Shown one piece after another: positions 11,416 through 20,000 of a stretch of 20,000 nt of DNA. Origin of the DNA: Acanthaster planci (Eukaryota); NCBI RefSeq assembly GCF_001949145.1, contig NW_019091361.1:1161337-1181336 (forward strand). The letters are read 5' to 3'. The notes beneath the pieces are model-generated. The model worked only from the letters and a program-made list of their open reading frames with translations, was not told the origin of the DNA and ran no database searches. Both the position numbers and the translations under genes were made by a program. Numbering within the stretch: the first letter of the stretch is position 1; every line of letters starts with the position of its first letter.

Positions 11416-14400
11416 ATTGCTTGCTTGCTTGANNNNNNNNNNNNNNNNNNNNNNNNNNNNNNNNNNNNNNNNNNNNNNNNNNNNNNNNNNNNNNNNNNNN
11501 NNNNNNNNNNNNNNNNNNNNNNNNNNNNNNNNNNNNNNNNNNNNNNNNNNNNNNNNNNNNNNNNNNNNNNNNNNNNNNNNNNNNNNNNNNNNNNNNNNNN
11601 NNNNNNNNNNNNNNNNNNNNNNNNNNNNNNNNNNNNNNNNNNNNNNNNNNNNNNNNNNNNNNNNNNNNNNNNNNNNNNNNNNNNNNNNNNNNNNNNNNNN
11701 NNNNNNNNNNNNNNNNNNNNNNNNNNNNNNNNNNNNNNNNNNNNNNNNNNNNNNNNNNNNNNNNNNNNNNNNNNNNNNNNNNNNNNNNNNNNNNNNNNNN
11801 NNNNNNNNNNNNNNNNNNNNNNNNNNNNNNNNNNTTTGATTGATTTGATTGATTTGATTGATTTGATTTGATTTGATTTGATTTGATTTGATTTGATTTG
11901 ATTTGATTTGATTTGATTTGATTTGATTTGATTGATTTGATTGATTTGATTTGATTTGATTTGATTGATTGATTTGATTGATTTGATTGATTTGATTGAT
12001 TTGATTGATTTGATTGATTTGATTTGATTGATTTGATTGATTGATTACAGTGGTTGTAAACTTGTAGCCCCACTCAAAATGTTTACAACATATCCCAAGG
12101 TGGAGGCAGCTTGTCTCTCCATTTCCCTCCCCCCCCCAGCTTGATGCAACACTGAATATCATGCATTTGTCTTATATGTTGGCCTGCAGATCAATAGATT
12201 AAGGGTTCAAGTCCAACGGCTGGGACTGCAGAGGATGTTTACGGTCCAGTTGGGAAAGGGAGCCTGTTTCCATGGAATACTTGAGAGCATTGTCCATCAC
12301 AGAAACAGTTACTTGCAGTGTTCATTTTCCCACATCTGAAAATTCCCCAGACAGGCAAAAATTGCTGGTGCAGTAGCCACCGTTTGCCAAAACTAGAACA
12401 TGACAAAGTGAATAAAGATGATGTATATGTATGACGTTACGTTGGATGCAGGGCATGCATAGCAGTTGGTTTTTAAAAGTGACATTTGGCAAAAGGTATA
12501 AAAAATAACAGTAAGTATTGAAACACTGAAAAAGAAAAAGTCTGAAAAATTAATAAAAGTTGTCTGAATTGTGTAGTTTGTCAAGAAATTCATAAAGAGA
12601 AGGGATTATGTCCATACTTTGTAGCCTTACCAAAATCAGCATCTGAAAATCAGCATCTGTGGGCTTGGGAAACTATGGCCAGTTTCACAGATTTTCAGAA
12701 ACAAAATAATTCCTCCATTTTTGTCAAGTGATCAGTACTGTTACAAGACTCAAAGATCTCTAAAAACTAGCTGGAATCTGTTGGATTTGGAACCAGACTA
12801 TTTCCTCCTGCAGCTGAAGAGCAGTTAAAGTAAAAGAGGGTGCTAACAAGGAAGCCAGGGTCCCAACACATGTGAGAAATTTGTGGATCCATGTGGTTCT
12901 GTTTCTTTATTTGCAAATTTCCCTTAGTTTGCTTGCAGTGGTACACATTTAATTCAGGTTTTTTCCCCCAGATGTCATGATCTTTGATGCAAAAGCCGTT
13001 GATGTTTGCAATTAGAATCTAAGTGCAAGAGCAATAAACATGTACATCATGTATAGTTGTGTACTTGTTATTACAGGCACCTGTGACAATGCATGTCCTG
13101 TAGCCATTACAAGCCCTGAATAGCAATAGTCACACTTGCCTTGATATTGGATTTCTCCCCATGTGTATTGTGTATTTGGGTCTTGGGGCAGTTCATTGTT
13201 TAGCTTTCATTTCTCCCCATGTACATGTATTTTGTTTGGTCACAGTAACCGAAAGAGTTGACATTTGTATTTTCCTGACGTTTGACCATCAGTGGTTTCA
13301 TTGGCACGACATATTGACACTGGGGCAATTGCACATTAGTTGTGTATTTTCCGGCAGCCCCATAGACTTGGCTTGTTGAATATAATCTCATTGTGTCAGA
13401 CAGCAGCAGTAAAACTTCAGTGATTGAGATGAAATTGGATTTAGATCAGGAAAGCCCTGAAGACCAACCCAAGGGGATAACACAATAGTGCCTCTTGATT
13501 AGCAACGTTGTTGGGCAGATGGTACCATCAGACTTTGCAAATGTTGACAGGAATACAATTGTCCTTGGGCTGAGTTTGGATAAGACGTCCTTAATCAAAA
13601 ATCTGCTCATTTTCTGACTGGAAAGAACATCTTATTTTGGAGAGCATTACGAAAGCACTTGCTATCACCATTCTAATTGGCTTCCTTGATTTTTTCCTTG
13701 TTGAGCCTGTTAGTAGGGAAGTGTGACTTAAGTCCAAACTGCAGTGGATCAGTTTCCTTCCTCTATGAATAGAGAGATTGGCTTGCTTCCATCAGGATCT
13801 GCCTTGTTTTTTGCTTTTGTTTTCCTCATTTGTCTTCAATGTTTAAAGGCTTAGTGATAAATTTAGACGAAAAGCTTTCTCAGCCTCTGCCATTCCTTAG
13901 ATTAATTTATTTGCCATTTGAAAGTATCATGAGCCATTGGTACATGGATGAGAATGGAATTCATAAAGAAAGTTTGAGAGTCAATGCTTAACAGTCCGCA
14001 ATCCCTGAGGACCATTAGGATTAATGTCAAAAAATGTCCAAACTTTATTCTCCCTTGTTTTATAATGCTATCATAAGTTGAAAGAGAGTAACTGACTAGA
14101 ATTTGTTTCAGATTTTTAAGATTCCCAGTAAGATTGCCATGATTGTTTTGAATTTGGGACCCCCCCCGTTTTGGAGCCCATGACAGGCTTTTGACAAAAT
14201 CACCACAAGCCCATCACAAGCCTGTTGCATGTCATCCAGTTTCAGTAACACATAACAGGAAAGATGTGTGGTTCCACTGCAGCATTACAATATCACAAAC
14301 ATACAGCAGAACTAAAAGCTGTACACTAGTTTATTTTGTGTGCCAATGAAAGTATCATTTTTCCCTGTGGAAGTGATTTGCATGAATGGACAGGACATGG

Positions 14401-16247
14401 TATAAAGTTTAGCTAAATGAGCATGCTTCATCTCCTTGACAAAATGCACAAAAGTCAAATAAACCATGTGAGGTGAAACTAATTTTCTTTATTGTACATG
14501 CAGTAAGAGTTTCTTGTAAGGAAAAAGAATTACCAGTACAACTGATGTTTGAAACAGTCATTAAATTAACTGAAATCATATGTAATATTTCTGTTAAATG
14601 AGAGCACTTTAATTTCCTCAAAGAAAGCTGATGCCGTGTATGTTGTCGATTGCATATTGTTCCTCCTGGTGTTTTAGCCCTTTTACCATGCAAAGTCCAG
14701 GGAACGATTTTTTTAAAATTCATCCCCGACTATCGTTAGCTCAATCTCCAGCTTCAGTTTCATCACACGAGACGAATATACTGAATTCAGGACGAATTAA
14801 GATAGTACAAGTCTTCATCATGTACACTGTAGCTCTCAGCAACCTGTATATCCCAGGGCGAAGTTAAGGCATCTCTTGAGGGAATTTATGTGATATAAAT
14901 GTTGAACCTGTTGTCGTTTACTTTCAGAGAGAACAAAAAACACAGCCCTGAAAGAAACTTATTGTACAACATGGAATCCAAGCAGATTCTGTGCGCGTGT
15001 TACAACGTTAATTTGACTTATTGTCTTTTTACACGAACTAAAAAAGCGTGGTTTGATTACGCAAAATGCTCTCACATGCACAGAGTGTATATTTACTCAG
15101 AAGGGAACACATCGGAACAGGCATGGACACACAACTGCCATTTCAAAGCGGAGGGGTGTTTTTTTGGGTGAGGGTAACAATGGAGGCCATTTGGATGCAT
15201 GTTGTGGAGCCCGTGTTTATTTCACCTTTCAATATGCACATCCTTTGGTCCGTATTGGCTTATGTTCCCCTCATTTTACTCCTGTACAATTTCAGTGAAC
15301 ACCTGCCCATTCCAACTCAAGGCACATCCAATATGGATCTATGCATAGAGGCTTTTCATGGTAGCTTCTTGCAGGGCATTTATTTTATTCCATAGGGAAA
15401 CGTCTTTTGTGCATACCCTGAGGAGCAAAAGCATTGGCTTGCAAGATGGCAGCAATGCAAACCCTCTATAGACACATTGAATGCATTTTAAATAAGGGTC
15501 ATCAAGAGGCACTGAATTAAAAGCTACATGTCTTACAGTGATGTAAAAATGTGGATGAACAAACGGTGTTTGAGGGTTTTACATGTACATGTAGGTCGCA
15601 GTGCAAGTATTTCTGCAGTATGTATGTACATTTATGTACATTTACATGTATGTATGTATTCTGCACATTATAACCAGCAGGAGTTTACCAGTACACATGT
15701 ATCTTAATTGAACATGGATGGATGTGTCTACTACTTGTGTACCTGTACAAACAATTATGCGATACCAAGTCAGGTTGACAGTCCATTCAAAAAGCCTTTG
15801 CAAGGATTATCTTACATGCACTATATTAATATTTTAGTTTGAAGTTAGGGCAGATGTCTGCCTTCTATCTGTGAGTTAAAGTGTGTCAAGCCAGCCGCCA
15901 GGATATCCTTTCTCAAGCTCCTGTGTTCATGTAAAGAGCAGTGTTACATTTGGATGGATGGCAACAAAGCAGCTTTGAGTTAAAAAAAAAAGACCTGTCC
16001 TCCTATGTGACTACGTTGTAGATTTCTCCAATTGTATGACATGATTGACACAGTCACATTGATGACCTACATGTATTCTCTGTGAGATCACGCTGTATGT
16101 TGGTTTGCACGGTTTGCAGGTTTTGTCGGGAGTGTAGTCGGTATGTGTCCCAGGAGAATGTCCACTGCAGAGACTGCGGAAGCTGTACCTCCAAGGACGG
16201 CAGCACGTACCGACATTGCAAGCTGTGTAACCGATGTGTGAAACCAG
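316..16247 (+). CDS. ZCCHC4: rRNA N6-adenosine methyltransferase ZCCHC4, partial spliced CDS: join(316..520,2417..2600,3642..3733,4959..5031,6853..7069,7944..8047,9686..9810,16120..16247); 5' and 3' exons not in window
   Basis: Eight exons with canonical AG/GT boundaries and compatible phases (1,2,0,2,0,1,0,2,1) give one stop-free frame of 1128 nt. The peptides are colinear with ZCCHC4 as I recall it: [115 protein letters not shown]....HC.LC..CVKP. Confidence 0.96.
1256..1595. mobile_element. Possible degenerate non-autonomous DNA transposon (MITE-like) remnant
   Basis: AGGGCCAAGAAAAAA start, TAGGGTAGGTAGGTAAGGATTTTT at 1291-1314 and AAAAAATTGGGATTGGTCAGGGAACCGGAAC at 1565-1595 resemble, from pattern recollection only, the ends of a common marine-invertebrate MITE type. 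No clean TIR pair is visible. Confidence 0.25.
2055..2200 (+). repeat. 47-bp minisatellite, 3 tandem copies
   Basis: Unit AATAATTCAGAATCATTTGGACGCTAAGCAAACAAGCATATCCTTGG at 2055-2101, 2102-2153 (with a 5-nt insertion) and 2154-2200. Confidence 0.95.
2417..2600 (+). CDS. ZCCHC4: ZCCHC4 exon (C2H2-type zinc finger)
   Basis: Acceptor ttttattccattcAG|2417 and donor 2600|GTGAGT. Encodes (R)[61 protein letters not shown], with a CxxC...HxxH pattern. Confidence 0.93.
2991..3389. mobile_element. Putative piggyBac-like MITE (about 390 bp) with subterminal AATCCTCC repeats
   Basis: TTAA|CCCTA (2991-2999) and TAGGG|TTAG (3381-3389) termini. CATCCTGAATCCTCC is directly repeated at 3025-3039 and 3319-3333, with more AATCC(T/G)C units near 3083-3100 and 3145-3161. 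The motif is inverted (GGATTTTGGAGGG..TTGGAGGG) at 3357-3379. Confidence 0.55.
3642..3733 (+). CDS. ZCCHC4: ZCCHC4 exon (start of methyltransferase domain, motif I region)
   Basis: Too short for the ORF track. Acceptor ttttgtctttcAG|3642 and donor 3733|GTATTA. Encodes [30 protein letters not shown](R). Confidence 0.93.
4959..5031 (+). CDS. ZCCHC4: ZCCHC4 exon (LLLDID SAM-binding acidic motif)
   Basis: Acceptor ctgcttttgtttttAG|4959 and donor 5031|GTAAGG. Encodes (R)[24 protein letters not shown]. Confidence 0.93.
6853..7069 (+). CDS. ZCCHC4: ZCCHC4 exon containing the catalytic DPPF motif (6988-6999)
   Basis: Acceptor gttgtgctccAG|6853 and donor 7069|GTAAGG. Encodes [76 protein letters not shown] is the amino-methyltransferase motif IV. 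Confidence 0.94.
7944..8047 (+). CDS. ZCCHC4: ZCCHC4 exon (WIFPYF segment)
   Basis: Acceptor tttctcaacacAG|7944 and donor 8047|GTGAAT. Encodes (G)[34 protein letters not shown]. Confidence 0.92.
8108..9032. mobile_element. Non-autonomous TIR DNA transposon, about 925 bp
   Basis: Perfect 12-bp inverted repeat TATGTGACCTGT (8108-8119) / ACAGGTCACATA (9021-9032), 15/16 when extended outward, with weak further inward similarity (TGAG..AAAGT). No transposase ORF inside. Confidence 0.65.
9686..9810 (+). CDS. ZCCHC4: ZCCHC4 exon (SPVRIFTN segment)
   Basis: Not in the ORF track. Acceptor ttgtttcctAG|9686 and donor 9810|GTGAGT. Encodes [41 protein letters not shown](R). Confidence 0.94.
11378..12046 (+). 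repeat. (GATT/GCTT)n and (GATTT/GATT)n microsatellite spanning an assembly gap
   Basis: TGATTGCTTGATTGATT... at 11378-11432 and TTTGATTGATTTGATT... at 11835-12046, on both sides of the N run. Confidence 0.95.
11433..11834. other. Assembly gap (402 N)
   Basis: Run of n characters. Confidence 1.
12178..12217 (+). pseudogene. Degenerate tRNA(Cys)-like 3' half (tRNA pseudogene or SINE head remnant)
   Basis: GTTGGCCTGCAGATCAATAGATTAAGGGTTCAAGTCC resembles the tRNA-Cys anticodon arm and T-loop (TTGACTGCAGATCAAGAGGTC...GGTTCAAATCC), with B-box-like GGTTCAAGTCC at 12204-12214. There is no D arm or acceptor stem, so it is not a functional tRNA. Confidence 0.3.
12632..12659 (+). repeat. Perfect 14-bp tandem duplication
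   Basis: AAAATCAGCATCTG occurs twice in tandem. Confidence 0.9.
15345..15469. mobile_element. Small MITE (about 125 bp) with imperfect TIRs of about 29 bp, TA-flanked
   Basis: Left end ATAGAGGCTTTTCATGGTAGCTTCTTGC versus reverse complement of the right end ATAGAGGGTTTGCATTGCTGCCATCTTGC (13/15 identical at the tips). The core is TA|GAGG...CCTC|TA. Confidence 0.65.
16120..16247 (+). CDS. ZCCHC4: ZCCHC4 exon (Cys-rich C-terminal zinc-binding domain, first part)
   Basis: Acceptor ggtttgcAG|16120 and donor 16247|GTAAAA. Encodes (R)[42 protein letters not shown]. Confidence 0.94.
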
Positions 16248-17539
16248 GTAAAACAAAAGGCGATGTAGAGTCCCATGAAAGTGTAAGACTGACAAGAGGA
16301 GGCGCCATAAACTAGGGTGGCACCAAACTCACCCATCCTGCGCATACGCACGCATTTGTCCATTCAGGCCACCCAGTTTGTTGAAGAGACGTTTAACAGG
16401 CGCACATCACCTGCGTGGGAGTGTGGCACCACTGCGGTAATAGCCTGAATCAGTCTTTAGGAGGGTTGGAGGTCAAATCTGATCCTTTAATTCAAATGTT
16501 ACCTATTTTTCTTGCAGCTCAGTCAGTAAGAATTGAGGCAAACATTTTGGTGCATTGATCACCCTAAACCTGACCCTCAGCTGAAATATTGTCTGTAAAA
16601 CTTTGTTTTCTTCGTTTAGTTGCTGGAGGGATTTTTGTTTTGTGTTGTTCTTTTCTGTTCTCGAGAGGTATTTAGTTCACAGATCACACAGCATCTTCTG
16701 GTAACCCAAAGGTGGCATGTAGGCTCTAAAATGTGTGTGCTTTCCTGTAGTGCTCAGTCAACCACCACTGGCTCCTAAAAAGTGCGCTTGTAGACAGAAA
16801 ATTACATCAGTACCGAGGTCTATTTAGATGAGATTAACCCCTAGGCATTTAGAGGCAGAAAATTCCCAGGCAGTGACTTTCCCTCGCTAACTTTTTTTCT
16901 TTAAATGTGATTTTTTTTTTCCTGTTAATTTCTCATTCTCTGCCTGTTTTATACATTTTTTGATATGCCACTGTTGGAGTAGTGAGAGTCCATTGCGCAT
17001 GAGAGCTGTGTGGGTTTTCGCCATTAAGATTGCGAAAATGCCCAAGGCTATTGAGAAATTAACCAAAATGCTGGCGCACTTGCACAGTGTGTACACCTCA
17101 GTACCACTTGTTTTTCTTGCCATATATTGACTTTTAAAATGTATATAGGACGTATTACATCAAAAACATCACGGATATATGTGGAAATACCCCCACTTAA
17201 TAATCACTGGCGTGAATATGTAATCCCGAAAGTGCTCTCCGTGTTTAAATGGAGAAATTGCCATTGGCAATACTCCCAACAGTTGTTAACAAGTGAGGGC
17301 ACCATTACTGTTCCACCAATGGCGGAGCAGGCTGCCATTAACCCTCCCCCCCGGGCATTTTAGATAGACTTCAGATGTAAGTTACCCCCCCCCACTATGA
17401 TATTACTGGTGCTTCATGAGCTAGCCCCAGACGGCCTTTAACATGAAATGGATTTTTACCCTAAGGCATGCAGAATACATGTATTTCGCAAGGGGGGTGG
17501 GCCACATTTTGACTCAAGAAAGTCCAGAAATGCAGTGAG

Positions 17540-17730
17540 AACAAAATAAAGGGAAAATAAAACAAAAGGAAAAGAAAAGGAGAAAAATTGACAAAAGCCA
17601 AACCCATCAAAGCAAACCAATCCAACCATTCCGTCTAATTTCAGATTTCATTCCATGTCATTCCATTGCATCCCGTCCCACCCCATTACAGCTTTTCCTG
17701 GCCCATTCCATTCAAAGTGCAGTGCAACAG
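17540..17730 (+). repeat. Degenerate 5-mer low-complexity tract, (AAAAG/AAAGG)n grading into (CCATT)n-like
   Basis: aaaataaagggaaaataaaacaaaaggaaaagaaaagg followed by ccaatccaaccattcc..ttcattccatgtcattccattgcatcccgtcccacccc..cccattccattc. Confidence 0.6.
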
Positions 17731-19619
17731 TCTTTCCTGGGAGGACTTAAAGTCTTGAGCCCAAGGCTCTCAAAGTGGGGGGGAGGGAAGTTGCGAGACC
17801 ATCAGGCATTAATAGGCTGATCTGTTCTCAGGATTTAGAATTAGTCAAGAGTGGAGAAAAATCCTTTGGATAACATGGCATCCATTTGATAATTTAGTAG
17901 CACTGCATCCATGACATTTTAGATGCAGTACTGGCTAACCCCGCACACGAATGCTATTCCCCAAACAAAATTCTACATTGTATTTGTATGAGTGAAACAG
18001 ACATGTCTGTTTCACATCCATTTAAACCATGCATTTGTAGGAACTTGGTTGTCTTTTTTTCTCTTTCTTAATTGGAGAATGGTTGTCATGATGACAAGAA
18101 AATTACAAGGCCACTGTAACCAAGGGATCAATTTAGTTCGTCTGAGCTACCGTACGGTATTACTATGAACGAAAAACATGTTAGGGAATTGGTGAATGCT
18201 AAAATTTACTGCGCAGATGTGCCTCATGTATGTACATTTTCACTAATATCCTTCAGTCCTTCGTGATGCATTGTTTAATGCCAGGATATCATTGAAGCTG
18301 AGAAAACCATCCTGTGGATTACATTAGTGAAATGTGAGCCCACACCCTAATCTGCTATTTTGCTGAGGATGCTATTTTAGTGTTCATTCCTTGAACAGCG
18401 TTGAAAAAGAAAGTCTCAGTTGTTATGCAGCATGTGGCTGACTTCTGTTAAGTTGATGATTTATTCAGCTTCAACACCTTGGACACATACATGTATGTCC
18501 ATTAGGTACAGTTCATGTTGCTAATGAGATGGAAGATTATCTTTTTCTCGATTAAAAAATACGATGCCCCGTTATATAGCAGTTCAAAATTCCAATTTAT
18601 TTTTGCAACTGTTCAAAGCACATCTACTGGTGGTTTACAGCTGAAACATTGATAATAAGAGCGCTGCAACATCCTTCTTATAACAAGATCACTTTCAGGT
18701 CCCCAAGTCTCTGTATTCCTTGTTTTCTAATATTGACAATACAAGATACTTGTTATAAAGTTGTAAAGTCTCAATGACCATGTTATGAAGGTGTTACGAC
18801 TTGTACATTGTACATTCCACAAAGTGCATGGCTCACTTATAAGACAAACGTGCAAGTATTTAATCAGGTTTGACATTTTAGTTGTGAAAATTTTAACTTG
18901 TCTCAAAATTCGGCTGGGGAGAGTAATGTAATTTTCTTCTTTTGCTTTTTTGAGTATTTGTGCATTGAGCTGTTTCCAGGCACAATTCAAGGGCGAAACA
19001 GATACATTTGTTCTTTCTTTTCCAACCCAAATCCCACGACTGCATAAGGTTACCTTTGCTTTCATTCTACATGTATGGCCCACATTGGGCTTTATGTCAC
19101 TTTTTATTCCCTTCCAAAATACTGCAAGTACATGTTTCTCCTGAACACAACAAGGTATTCTTCAAGCTTCCTTGTGCAAGACCCTCTTTTACGTAGATTT
19201 GCACCCTAATCTAAAATTGTGTGATGTCATGATGAATCTTGCTTACCCACGTGTTTGATGAAAGGAATTTTTGTGTACAGCAGAAGTACAGTCTTCTCCA
19301 GTTTCATATGGCTGTAACAATTTAATATAATCTGTGAGAAAAATCTCCTTTATCTTTCATACACTATATGATCATATCAGTACATGTAGTTCAGAAAGGT
19401 CTTGATCTTCCGTTTACCTCATTATTTGACCACATGTAGTTCCTCTTTGAAATCCTCAATCAACAAGTCAATCTATCCTTATTGTGGTCTTTTTTATTAT
19501 ACGCCAGATTGTTTAAGTCTCTGGATTTATATTTGGTCACATGCTTTTAATTTAGCAAATGAAACCAGACTGAATGAAGTAATAGAGACATTTCATAATA
19601 TGCACCATATAAGAACTGA

Positions 19620-19912
19620 TTATTATTGGCGAGCGGCGAAGCAAGTGCGAGCCTATGTAATACCGATTTCTGTCTTCTGTCCGTCCATCCATCCGTCGGG
19701 GCATCCTGCCGGCCGTCCTTAAATGTTAAAGTTTTACTTGCAGGTCTATACATGTAGGTGTTTAAATGTGCCATTGAGTGCTTGTTTGCTTCTTCTTGGA
19801 ACTCCATCAGTATTCAAATAGTCTCCTATGGATTTAGTGCTTAGAAACTTATGAATTTAATGAAAAAATTATAAAATGTTGAATGTTAAAGTTTAGACTT
19901 GTATTGTGTACT
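19620..19912 (+). mobile_element. Helentron-associated (HINE/DINE-1-like) element fragment
   Basis: T-rich start with a GC-rich head (TTATTGGCGAGCGGCGAAGCAAGTGCGAGCC), a (GTCC/ATCC)n microsatellite at about 19678-19698, then AATGTTAAAGTTT..ACTTG repeated at a 160-bp period (19722, 19882). Confidence 0.45.
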
Positions 19913-20000
19913 TAGGCCTGTAGTACATACAGTACATATGTACTGAGCACTCCCGTAATGTGTGTATGTATAGACAGTGTTTAGACACATACAAATGTAC

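Noticed and set aside
11351..12162. Long ORFs (240, 263, 152 and 140 aa) in the track
   Set aside because: Artefacts of the N gap and of microsatellite translation (SNQ/IKS repeats).
14899..15395. Overlapping 81-109 aa ORFs as a nested gene in the long intron
   Set aside because: No recognisable domain, no coherent splice structure, and the 3' end overlaps a MITE.
16422..16436. Possible next ZCCHC4 exon reading V-W-H-H-C in the correct phase
   Set aside because: The acceptor (GGGAG) has no pyrimidine tract, and the expected further cysteines (HCxxCxxC) do not follow. The real exon probably lies beyond the window.
19229..19262. ATGATGA ... TTGATGA as snoRNA boxes C and C'
   Set aside because: No downstream CTGA box D at a suitable distance and no terminal stem.

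Overview
Eukaryotic (animal) genomic DNA, AT-rich and mostly CpG-depleted, with one 402-nt assembly gap. The sequence style suggests a marine invertebrate such as amphioxus (Branchiostoma); this is an inference and is not proven. The window holds the middle of one plus-strand spliced gene, ZCCHC4 (28S rRNA N6-adenosine methyltransferase). Eight consecutive GT-AG exons (316-16247, 1128 nt, about 376 codons) join in frame and encode the GRF-type zinc finger, the C2H2 finger, the methyltransferase domain with the DPPF motif and the start of the Cys-rich C-terminal domain. The first and last exons appear to lie outside the window. The introns hold several non-autonomous TIR-type elements, a 47-bp minisatellite, a GATT/GATTT microsatellite around the gap and a Helentron/HINE-like fragment. 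The most unusual signal is the palindrome TACATGTA: about 21 exact intronic copies against fewer than 1 expected. It matches a Tc1/mariner excision footprint, and one minisatellite copy directly shows a TA-to-TACAGTA footprint-type insertion. I found no convincing novel multi-gene system; the other ORFs in the track look spurious.
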